Positions 26,401 through 33,524 of a stretch of 58,639 nt of DNA are shown one piece after another. The translations under genes and the position numbers were made by a program. The DNA comes from Opitutales bacterium (GTDB lineage: Bacteria; Verrucomicrobiota; Verrucomicrobiia; Opitutales; JABDGR01), in the NCBI GenBank assembly GCA_035546135.1, contig DASZWY010000273.1, forward strand, positions 1-58,639, in the 5' to 3' direction. The notes beneath the pieces were generated by a model. That model had not been told where the DNA came from and searched no databases. It was given only the letters and a program-made list of their open reading frames with translations. How positions within the stretch are numbered: position 1 is the first letter of the stretch; every line of letters begins with the position of its first letter.

Positions 26401-29400
26401 ACATGATTCCTCCAAATCATCTCGCAAGCTACTCAAATGCTCCTGGCGCGAAACAACATAGAGTGCATGTAATCGATCCTTGATAGAGAATTCACTATTT
26501 TTTCGTTTAATTATTTTGCTATTAAAATCACTTAACTCCTTGACGCTAGGCGCCGCTTTAAACATCAAAATGTCAAAATAAGCCCTTGTTGCCTCATAAG
26601 GAGCCAAATCTTGGCTTTGGTATCTTTGAGATAATGCAGATATTGCCTGTGAATGAATTTGAGAAACATCAAAATTTGATGCCTTGGCATCTCTAATCAA
26701 AATTCTCGCCCGCGCCATATATAATGGCCACAATGCCCCGATTATTTTTTCAAAATTATGGTCTTCTTCCGAAACATTTGATTTCTGAGTCGAGATAGCT
26801 TCGCCGCTGCCAAGCATTTCCTTAAAATCTGGTTCGTATTTTCCCGTCAATGCTCCCCGGAGGGCGGCTCTCCTCAAAAATATATTTCGCTCGTATGTCC
26901 GATAGTCGTGGACTATCGACACCTTTGTGACCGGCAAATTATAGTATTCTAATACTGAAAGAATTTTGCTGCGTGATAAACCAGAAGCAGCACATGCTTC
27001 AACAAAGGTAAGGATTGACGCTGTAAAGGAATCTAATTCGTGGGATGGCGACGATTTAGGAATTCGCTTCGCTTCATCACAAAGTAAATTCAAAACAATT
27101 GTCAGACTCCGCTTTGATGGAAATTGGCCTAACGCGGCTAATTCGCTGGTAATAGCTAAAAGCGCATAAGGATTGCTTGAAGATAAGTGAACAATCTTAT
27201 CGATATCTGCATATTTTTCGGCGTCCAGGAGACGACCAATAACAAGTCTGGTAATATTGAAGCCGACTACGGGAGGCTTCCATTTGGCAGTATAATCCAC
27301 AAACGCCTTTGACCCTGATAGATTGAAATGAGTAAATGCAATCTCGCCTATATCATCATCTTTCAAAAGATTTCGCTCAAACGCCGGGTTTTCTTTGTTT
27401 CTGTCTCGCTCCTCGAGGTGTATCTCAAGCCATCGTTGTGCAGATTTTAAATAGGCGAATGCCTCCCCCTTGAAGGCCGGCACCGTCGAGAGCAATGCGG
27501 CTGAATAGACATTTTCAGACCCCTGCCATGCACATTTGATTGCATGCTGACGTGCTATCTCTCGTACGCGTTGCTCTCCCTGCAAGACATGTATTAAGTC
27601 AAAATTCTTGCCGAGTAGTTCGGCCTGCCGATCATTGCCAGCCGACTCTTCGCCAGCCCTAAAAGCAATTTGAGCCGCATCTGACATTCGACCTTTTTTT
27701 AAGGCTGCTTTAAATGCAAATTGAAGCCGATAAACCCTTATACTTCTCTCATCGATAGGATTATTGTCAGGCAAGCATTCATCTGAAAGCGCAAGCTTGA
27801 TGAGTCTATCGTAGTTTCCCGAACGAAGTAAGAGTTGAGGAAGCGCCTTTGCCACATAAGCATACGTCGATGACAACGGCTCGATTGCTTTGATGTATTT
27901 AGCAACTTCTTGTGAATTAGCAGCGAATTCTTGGTGAAACCATGTTTCTGTTGGCTCATCTCGGAACTGTACAGAATTATCCCAATGCCACAACGGTCGT
28001 CCAAGATCACTAACAAAGCTCTCGATTGTTGCTACTTCTACATTGGCTGCACTCGCAAGTACCTCAATTGGGACAAAGGGCGGCAAATTTGAAAGCCCTT
28101 TGCAAATTGCATCCACTTGCTTGCCGAACCGTAATGGCTGTTTATCTTTAATATTGTTGATGGCTGCTTGAAGCTGCCTCGCGATTTGAGCATCAACTGT
28201 TGTTACCTTAGACGGATCCAATGTTGCCAAAACAGCAACCGAGCTTTTGCAATTACTTGCCAAAGCATTTGCCTGAACACGAGGATTGCCCCTGGTCAAT
28301 CGATGCAATTGAAGGCACTCACAGTCAGTTGCATTAGCGTAAAATTGGCGAAAGTGTTTTGCAGTTTCATTACCGCTAAATGGGTTTAATAAATATTTTC
28401 GCACATAGCTTTGTGGCTGTAATAGCGAAATGCGCTCGGTTCGACAAAATGCGATTACGCGACACCCCGGATGAAATGATTCGCGTAATATAGCATGCGC
28501 GAAACATTTATCGCCACTTTCCTCAGCTGCCATCTCGGCATTGTCGGCTGCATCGACAAGAAGCACTAGAAGAGCATCTTTGTTTATCTCCTGGATTAAA
28601 GTTACGGCCTGTCTTACACGATCAATAAAGCTTCTAAACAATTCTTCATTGGACGTGTTCCGACTTACAATTAAAGGAGAACACAAACCGTAAGAGGCTA
28701 ATTCGTTAGCCATTTGCACTAAAGCGTTGCTTGGTTTGTGGCGAGGTTCGCTTGGATTGCGATATTTACCAGCACCAAAACAATCGTAGACAATGCCCCT
28801 TGATCCATTGGGAAGATCCGTAGCAATTTGCCGTGCAACTACAGACTTACCAACACCCCCGGCTGCATGAATAATTAAAGGGGATGCACACTCCAGTATT
28901 TTACTTAGTATATCATTGTGCTGTTCTCTCTGTATAGCATTCGTTAGTTTCTCAAATTCGACCGGGGCCGGGAAAAGACACTGTCTTGAAGTAACGCCTA
29001 AGCAGTTTAATACGTCCTCACTATGAATATTCCCGTCTGAATCTGGCATTATTTTTTCGTTAACCAAATTTATTACACTATTGACCTCACTGCCCTCAAC
29101 CAACCCTGCAAGGTATTCACCCAATTCGCCATTAAGTCTTTTCTTTTGAGCAATATAATCACCCTGGCCGTCAACGATTAAAAATGACCGTAAAAATTCA
29201 TTCAGGTCTTTGGAATTTAATCCTGTATAATTTTCCAGGCGTTTTAACTCTCCAGCTTTACTCTTGCCCTTCGTCTTGACTGCATCAAGCAATCGCTTCT
29301 GCGCTTCACTGAATTGCCTGTTAGTAACGATTGAAAAAGTTATCTTACTGTAACATTTTTGCTTAAGAAGCTGTTTATGACGCGACGCAAAATCCTTTAG

Positions 29401-29700
29401 CGTCTTACGTATTTCCCCGAAGGTAAGCTTTTTATTTTGACGTGCGCTTGAATGCTTTAGTTGGTGGTAAGAAACTGAAGTGCCTTGAGCCTCTGCCTCA
29501 AAGTATTCAGCTAAATCAATTGAGCATTCACCGTCTAGCTGAGGCTCTTTAGATAACTCAACCGTGATCCCACGTAGGCATGAACGTGGATCGATTAACT
29601 TTAGACAACGGCGAGCGGCCCATCGATAATGAAATACATCTCCTGCGCGCGAATGCCGTACCGATTGGCTTTGGAGTTGTTGTGTCCTCTTTGTAACCAT
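23392..29700 (-). CDS. giant nuclease-like / STAND-type P-loop NTPase protein (2102 aa), Avs-like candidate defence protein
   Basis: N-terminal PD-(D/E)xK-like pattern (GDVFHYRW..ITVE..SIDLAEY..YHQLKHS, aa ~20-85). Walker A HAAGGVGKS (aa ~278-286). Walker B LLVLLVDAADN (aa ~377-387). A LTRGNPRV element sits where STAND proteins have GxP. About 1,550 further residues have no motif I recognise. Confidence 0.85.
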   Translation of the reverse strand: MVTKRTQQLQSQSVRHSRAGDVFHYRWAARRCLKLIDPRSCLRGITVELSKEPQLDGECSIDLAEYFEAEAQGTSVSYHQLKHSSARQNKKLTFGEIRKTLKDFASRHKQLLKQKCYSKITFSIVTNRQFSEAQKRLLDAVKTKGKSKAGELKRLENYTGLNSKDLNEFLRSFLIVDGQGDYIAQKKRLNGELGEYLAGLVEGSEVNSVINLVNEKIMPDSDGNIHSEDVLNCLGVTSRQCLFPAPVEFEKLTNAIQREQHNDILSKILECASPLIIHAAGGVGKSVVARQIATDLPNGSRGIVYDCFGAGKYRNPSEPRHKPSNALVQMANELASYGLCSPLIVSRNTSNEELFRSFIDRVRQAVTLIQEINKDALLVLLVDAADNAEMAAEESGDKCFAHAILRESFHPGCRVIAFCRTERISLLQPQSYVRKYLLNPFSGNETAKHFRQFYANATDCECLQLHRLTRGNPRVQANALASNCKSSVAVLATLDPSKVTTVDAQIARQLQAAINNIKDKQPLRFGKQVDAICKGLSNLPPFVPIEVLASAANVEVATIESFVSDLGRPLWHWDNSVQFRDEPTETWFHQEFAANSQEVAKYIKAIEPLSSTYAYVAKALPQLLLRSGNYDRLIKLALSDECLPDNNPIDERSIRVYRLQFAFKAALKKGRMSDAAQIAFRAGEESAGNDRQAELLGKNFDLIHVLQGEQRVREIARQHAIKCAWQGSENVYSAALLSTVPAFKGEAFAYLKSAQRWLEIHLEERDRNKENPAFERNLLKDDDIGEIAFTHFNLSGSKAFVDYTAKWKPPVVGFNITRLVIGRLLDAEKYADIDKIVHLSSSNPYALLAITSELAALGQFPSKRSLTIVLNLLCDEAKRIPKSSPSHELDSFTASILTFVEACAASGLSRSKILSVLEYYNLPVTKVSIVHDYRTYERNIFLRRAALRGALTGKYEPDFKEMLGSGEAISTQKSNVSEEDHNFEKIIGALWPLYMARARILIRDAKASNFDVSQIHSQAISALSQRYQSQDLAPYEATRAYFDILMFKAAPSVKELSDFNSKIIKRKNSEFSIKDRLHALYVVSRQEHLSSLRDDLEESCRSTLQDAASETPEERAEWYVALARAVISKSTADATAYFNTAVEALAKFGGEMIQRWDAVTAIARRAGEGDKCEQRLAYRYIRCGEMIGENVVREKYWDRDEVFRVAVRLNPSAAYSALSRWRDRDIGWFSDHIKALVLESLRLKIINPALAWCFSGFVGCNASIKHAESCIRLETSKNKQQHILECAIKDFQLANAAKQDLDALMSVATECKLQTRKIMEVAKESVSAEYENNASIRQFSPENEAVKRSSLEYAKFLNQINVFDPDELKRAILAMYSTDFPREFSDNWRDIIKKVPLGKECKFLDMIADFEGLDHHAASYAIPVISVWKEKISVKQIWSQFLNKIGKRLALTLSDRHNLSFWLQMCGLNDDEATVIKAGITKGLSESPELVSAEAFFGFISNTANLLSPTEARVLLDYALCRFELYVDDNFADGPWEAWLSSPDNIPDAVCGLIWSALGSPYATMRWQAVHCVRRLCEYSCAPEIASLVKWMRTGGVGPFGSKKFPFYELHSTLYLLIAFARAALDDCSLLKRHALLFSDIALKGVPHALIQVTSARIALSIESKFPATYSRKSVTELKKVGTSTLQPLVVDPYRYKTDRTWQADPGLKLKFDWDFDHYWFTQFGPVFGVYEDQVTELAGQMAVNHLKIVENKEWVDDPRQNLWKNLNHRDQSTSHSHGSYPYIDCFRFYYSYHAFLSVAAKLLKELPVIRHINDPEGENAWTDWLQRHLLTRTDGKWLADRRDPTPAAHAKWSKGIKEDEWLTTLSADYFLKMLLEQCPMPRSICVRASWSNCHNDLVEYVSIASALVNPSASQSLANALSYCKDPRNFRLPSYLDNEMEYKCPPFELTGWIKTRGMDKGRDEFDPFARNIHYPPSEVGQPFAESLKLFTDSDEERYWYMPGVEGRVLTNEVWSDQKIGQREDWPYRYGEKICANEDFLKRLCAAQNKHLIFEVQVRRSRHHSYYRGGAKDNSLDIPPSHKIFIFSSDGVLKDAEKSYNVG

Positions 29701-29769
29701 GGCAAATTATGCGTGGGGTTGTGCCTGCCTACCTTTTTTGGGGTGGATAGGCAAATACGATATACTACA

Positions 29770-30271
29770 TTACTATCTCTCGGAATTATGCCGCTTCGCG
29801 GTCAGCCAAGTCTTGCTCGCTCCGCTCACAGAGATATAGCGGGGCTCCCTCAATTCAATTGCCTAAAGGTGGGAGCCCTCTGCCTTCGGCGACAATAACC
29901 CCTAGGAAGAGGTTATTGCCGCCGATAGGGCCACTCATCTGCCCAAAGTCTGGTCACCCCCCATATATCGTGAAGTCGCTTAAGGAAAAACCATGGAACC
30001 CGCCACAAATCCCCCCGCTTCGCGCGGGCACGACCTCCAAAACAATCCTGCCAGTGTCAGGCAGGCTCTTTCGCCGGGTTGAACGGCGAATCCCCAGCCG
30101 GGTTATTGCACCCACTGGGACGGTTGCGTGCGTTGCTGCGGTTAAACCGGGCCAGGGCACGCTAGACAATTCACTTAAGAGCTTGGGCCAGGGCTATTCC
30201 ATCCTCGGCTTACACTCAAATTACCAAATGGCATCGTGAATTGTTGCGCGGGCATTTAGCCCGCATTTTTT
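29770..30271 (+). ncRNA. candidate structured non-coding RNA (~500 nt) between the Xis-like gene and the giant ORF
   Basis: GC-richer than the surrounding island. Hairpins at 29841-29879 (8 bp), 29888-29923 (13 bp, one mismatch), 30014-30028, 30047-30065 and 30071-30088. Duplicated 10-mer GGGCCAGGGC at 30149 and 30185. Possible promoter TTGGGG-17 nt-TATACT at 29738-29766. Plus-strand terminator at 30248-30271. The 5' end is a guess. Confidence 0.25.
30248..30271 (+). terminator. intrinsic terminator-like hairpin plus T-tract, plus-strand specific
   Basis: GCGGGC-ATTTA-GCCCGC is followed by ATTTTTTG on the + strand. On the - strand the same hairpin is followed by GCAACAATTC, with no U-tract. 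It overlaps the stop codon of the - strand Xis-like gene. Confidence 0.45.
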
Positions 30272-30573
30272 GCTACATCTGCGGGGTTTTGCTCAGCGGC
30301 AAGGCCGCGCAGGTAGGAAAGTAAGGATGCCGCGACAATCAACCTGGTGCCGCGTGCTTTGCCCCGGCGACGCAAGGAAACCGTCTGAATGAGCCCCTCC
30401 CTGGTCAATTCGTAGAGTTGGGAGCGCCGCAGGCCCGATAGTGGCTCGATTTCTCCGCTGCGGGGCATTCTGCAAAACTCGGCTGCTATAGTGACCACTG
30501 AAGCCGCTACAGGAGCCACCGTGAATTGGACGCCGCTGCGCGGTTGATCAGGTACATTGTTGTCGCTGGACAT
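30256..30573 (-). CDS. AlpA/Xis-like helix-turn-helix DNA-binding protein (putative excisionase or regulator)
   Basis: The track ORF 30256..30747 is trimmed to Met 30573 (MSSDNN...). The C-terminal half LSGLRRSQLYELTREGLIQTVSLRRRGKARGTRLIVAASLLSYL resembles AlpA/MerR-type excisionase HTH-wing regions. It lies near the integrase. Confidence 0.55.
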   Translation of the reverse strand: MSSDNNVPDQPRSGVQFTVAPVAASVVTIAAEFCRMPRSGEIEPLSGLRRSQLYELTREGLIQTVSLRRRGKARGTRLIVAASLLSYLRGLAAEQNPADVAKNAG

Positions 30574-30759
30574 GCCCGAAGTATAAGGCACAAATTCGAC
30601 GGTTTTACTTGCGGCGCAAATAACGGACGCATTTTCCGCATTTTTAGCCCCTTTCCGACCATCTGGCACAACTAGCCATGCGGAAATGCCATAACTGGTG
30701 CAAAATAATCCAACCGATTCCGCAAAAAAGATATCGCCACCTCGCAAAATCGGATGATT

Positions 30760-31398
30760 TTAGGATCGCCGCTCCCAATTACGGTATTTATTCCGAATTT
30801 TGACGACTGTTTCACCCCTGCGCTTTAGGCCCTTCCGCCATTCAATCATTTCATCCAGAACTGCCTTCGGAAACCATTGCTGGAAAAGATATTTATCTAA
30901 AAACTCCTGAACTCGTGGAGTGTTCACGCTTAGCTCTGCATCATTTGGCGAGTATTCCCTATACAAGAAGCAAAGCTTGAGGTTGTCTAATAGTGTTCTT
31001 TCGCTCCAGGGCTTGCTGATTTCCTTATGCTTTCCGTCGTAACTTTTTAATTTTTCAGCAACATATTTCAGGGCTTCGCTTTCCCTATCCCCGCGTCTAT
31101 GCAATAGTCCAGTCGCAGCGTCATAGGCAGCCTTATCAAGTTGCGATGACTCAAGAATCGCCCTCTCAACTCTCGGTAAATCATTCAACACCAAGGACAC
31201 TCGCCTGAGGAGTTCCGCTGTATGATAAATATGCACATCAAAGAGATGCTGATCAAATTTCTTGGACTGGAAGTCGCAAATGTCTTTGTTCAATAGCACA
31301 GCACACTGCGCTACAACATGGGCGTCAGTGTGAAGCCCACCTACTGATTTAATTTCTGGCAATGAGGATTTGCTGGCGAGTTTAGGCATAGAGTTCAT
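30760..31398 (-). CDS. hypothetical protein co-transcribed with the integrase
   Basis: 212 aa. The start overlaps the integrase stop by 4 nt (31395-31398). Island-like AT-rich codon usage. No family recognised. Confidence 0.65.
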   Translation of the reverse strand: MNSMPKLASKSSLPEIKSVGGLHTDAHVVAQCAVLLNKDICDFQSKKFDQHLFDVHIYHTAELLRRVSLVLNDLPRVERAILESSQLDKAAYDAATGLLHRRGDRESEALKYVAEKLKSYDGKHKEISKPWSERTLLDNLKLCFLYREYSPNDAELSVNTPRVQEFLDKYLFQQWFPKAVLDEMIEWRKGLKRRGETVVKIRNKYRNWERRS

Positions 31399-32579
31399 CC
31401 CTTCCTAGCGCCTGGAATTTTGTCCATAGCAGCGGTTAGGTTGCGTTGCACACGCTCACGCGTGCCGTGATCGTATCGGGCGCTCATGGCATCGGAGCTA
31501 TGTCCAGCCGCAGCTTTAGTAGCCTCCAAGTCCGCCCCACTACGACGCAGTTGTGAAACAAAAAAGTGGCGCAGACTGTGAAAAGATTTTGTGCTGAACG
31601 AACGAGCGGCGGAGTTCTTAGCCCTAGCCGTAGTCTTGCCCTCCACTCCCGCTCGACGCATAAGCGCACGGAAGGCAAGGGATAGCCCACTGCGCCCGCC
31701 AATGCGTTGCCCGGCCAGTCCGGGTGTTAGCAATTCGCTTTTCTGCGCTTCATCCCTGCCCGCCAAGGCGTCCAAGTGCTCCTGCAAACGTGGTGTGAGC
31801 GGCACTTCTAGGGTTTTGCGCCGACTACCTCGCGAGGTCTTTTGCGGGACATAGGACAACCTTGCAGCAGTCAAATCCACGTTTTCCCACCGCATGGTTA
31901 CAGCATCACCCAATCGACACCCACAATGTGCGCCAAGCAAGATAGCAGTTTCCCATTCCGATTCTTGTCCTTCTTCCAATAGGGCTTCCAATTCGCCGGG
32001 CGTAAACTCTTCGCGTTCCTGCATCTTGAAATCGGGCAATTCAAGTGTAGCGGTAGGATTAGATTCAAGATGACCCGCGCGAAGCCCGGCTTTGAACGCG
32101 GCATGAAGGATTTTGCCCGCAAGGCTGACGGTATGCGCTCCTTTACCCAGGGCACTTTCGGCATCAATGAAGCCTTGCACAAGGGCCGTATTGGCGGCGG
32201 CAAGGCTCCTACGCTGAATATCTGGCCCCACATGGGCTAGGAACCCTTCGATTACGTCGCCGTAGCGTCTGGCGGTGCCAGGAGCCTTCGTGGCGGCCAT
32301 TCTAGCAGTCCATTGGCGCAGGAAGTCCCCGATCGAAACGGATTCTATCTTGCATCGGGTGGCACGCTCAATAATCTCCCTTGTCACTCTGCCCACGGCA
32401 GCACCAGCCGGGGTCAACTCGCCAGCCGATACTGCCACCCCTTCCCATTCATGCGCCAAACGCAAAGCATTACCACGGTCGGTTTGCTTTGTTGAGCGCG
32501 CTACCCATCTGCCGTCTGGCATCCTAAAACGCGCAATCCAAAACTTTGAGTTATCAACTTGCTTGTAGACACTCGCCAT
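31395..32579 (-). CDS. tyrosine-type site-specific recombinase (integrase)
   Basis: N-terminal MASVYKQVDNSKFWIARFRMPDGRWVARST is typical of P4-like integrases. The C-terminal catalytic region has RLGD..., HSLRHFFVSQL and GHSSDAMSARYDH (R..HxxR..H..Y). The track start 32600 is trimmed to ATG 32579. Confidence 0.9.
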   Translation of the reverse strand: MASVYKQVDNSKFWIARFRMPDGRWVARSTKQTDRGNALRLAHEWEGVAVSAGELTPAGAAVGRVTREIIERATRCKIESVSIGDFLRQWTARMAATKAPGTARRYGDVIEGFLAHVGPDIQRRSLAAANTALVQGFIDAESALGKGAHTVSLAGKILHAAFKAGLRAGHLESNPTATLELPDFKMQEREEFTPGELEALLEEGQESEWETAILLGAHCGCRLGDAVTMRWENVDLTAARLSYVPQKTSRGSRRKTLEVPLTPRLQEHLDALAGRDEAQKSELLTPGLAGQRIGGRSGLSLAFRALMRRAGVEGKTTARAKNSAARSFSTKSFHSLRHFFVSQLRRSGADLEATKAAAGHSSDAMSARYDHGTRERVQRNLTAAMDKIPGARKG

Positions 32580-32580
32580 G

Positions 32581-32600
32581 ACACTAACAAACACTAACAA
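32581..32600 (+). repeat. tandem 10-mer ACACTAACAA x2 (candidate arm-type or operator site, right end)
   Basis: ACACTAACAAACACTAACAA directly abuts the integrase start codon. A degenerate third unit (AACATTAACAAACA on the + strand) lies at about 32616-32630. It matches 17106-17125 at 19/20 positions in the same orientation. Confidence 0.55.
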
Positions 32601-32672
32601 TCCGGCAACGTCAAGGATGTTTGTTAATGTCCATTCCTAGAGTGAGATACAAAACCTAAACTTTGTGAGATG

Positions 32673-32712
32673 GAATCGAGGGTTCGATTCCCTCCGCCCG
32701 CACCAATTTGAT
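32673..32712 (+). repeat. attR: 40-bp direct repeat (displaced tRNA-Gly 3' fragment)
   Basis: Perfect copy of 17034-17073. It lacks the tRNA 5' half, so it is a partial pseudo-tRNA. Confidence 0.9.
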
Positions 32713-32893
32713 CATTCACGGGACGGTGTCGAAATGCGCAAACGCATTTAACGTGCTGCCCAAAGCGGCGGATTCAAGCAAGACGGCTCGAGTTCACCGA
32801 GTTTTCACCCGAAACCTGCCATGTCTGCTTGGAGTTGCGCCAAGTCTACCCGGCGTAAAAACTCCAGCCTGCTGGAATTTAACTGAGGGGAGA

Positions 32894-33061
32894 CTACTTG
32901 CGGCTACGACTACGGCTGACCGCACGGCTGCTGCTCAAGTTCAGGAGCGAGAACGTGTCGTTGCTGGCGAGCATGTGCAAATGCTCGAGCTTGACGCTGC
33001 GCAGCCAGCTAGCGGTCTGCTTGCTCAGTTTTTTGGCAGAAATGGAGTTTTTGGATTTCAT
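32894..33061 (-). CDS. possible small basic protein (55 aa), hypothetical
   Basis: MKSKNSISAKKLSKQTASWLRSVKLEHLHMLASNDTFSLLNLSSSRAVSRSRSRK. GC3-rich, host-like codon usage inside an otherwise AT-rich spacer. No recognisable family or clear RBS. Confidence 0.25.
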   Translation of the reverse strand: MKSKNSISAKKLSKQTASWLRSVKLEHLHMLASNDTFSLLNLSSSRAVSRSRSRK

Positions 33062-33524
33062 AGCAATGGGCTCAAATGAGTATTCGTTGAGTAACTTGCC
33101 CCATATTATCGGCTTCGTCAATTGAAAATTTAGCATTAGTTTTGTCCGTTCATCAACTTGCCAATCATAATATAACGAACTAATCATAAGTCACTTATTT
33201 AGCTATCTACAGGCTTTTTTGCCAGGATATACACGATAGACCCTATTTGGGCGGCATAAGCGCACTAGGCATGATCTAAGGGCTTATAATTAAGATACTT
33301 ACGGGAAATTTCGGCCCCCATTGCGATTTGGGCGGTTTTTATCGTCCAACAAAACCTCCGGCATCCCTTCCGGCACTTGTTTAATGTGCTGCCGCGAGCG
33401 CCTCGATTCATTGTGAATTAGGCGGTTTACACTGCCGACGCGCGACGCATTTTGAAGGCGGGATTAAGGCTTCCGTCCCCCATTTTGAGCAAGTAAGCTC
33501 GCCGCCACACTGCCTCGCGCCGCC

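Larger units (their letters stand above)
17034..32712. mobile_element. tRNA-Gly-integrated genomic island (~15.6 kb) with a tyrosine integrase and Xis-like gene; cargo is putative defence genes
   Basis: Bounded by the perfect 40-bp direct repeat. Base composition is visibly AT-richer than both flanks (judged by eye, not computed). The integrase lies next to attR. I recognise no capsid, terminase or relaxase genes. Confidence 0.85.

Noticed and set aside
29859-30239. 126-aa plus-strand ORF in the gap upstream of the giant ORF
   Set aside because: It is Pro/Gly/Arg/Ser-rich with no hydrophobic core pattern, and it coincides with the strongest hairpins. The region is more consistent with non-coding RNA or regulatory DNA. 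It is kept only as part of the ncRNA hypothesis.
32747-33410. Imperfect ~30-bp direct repeat (TTTAACGTGCTGCC...GATTCA at 32747-32776 versus TTTAATGTGCTGCC...GATTCA at 33380-33410) flanking the AT-rich spacer
   Set aside because: Only about 24 of 31 positions match, with a gap. A rough estimate suggests that matches of this quality are expected by chance at this distance. This is not enough to call a second att pair.
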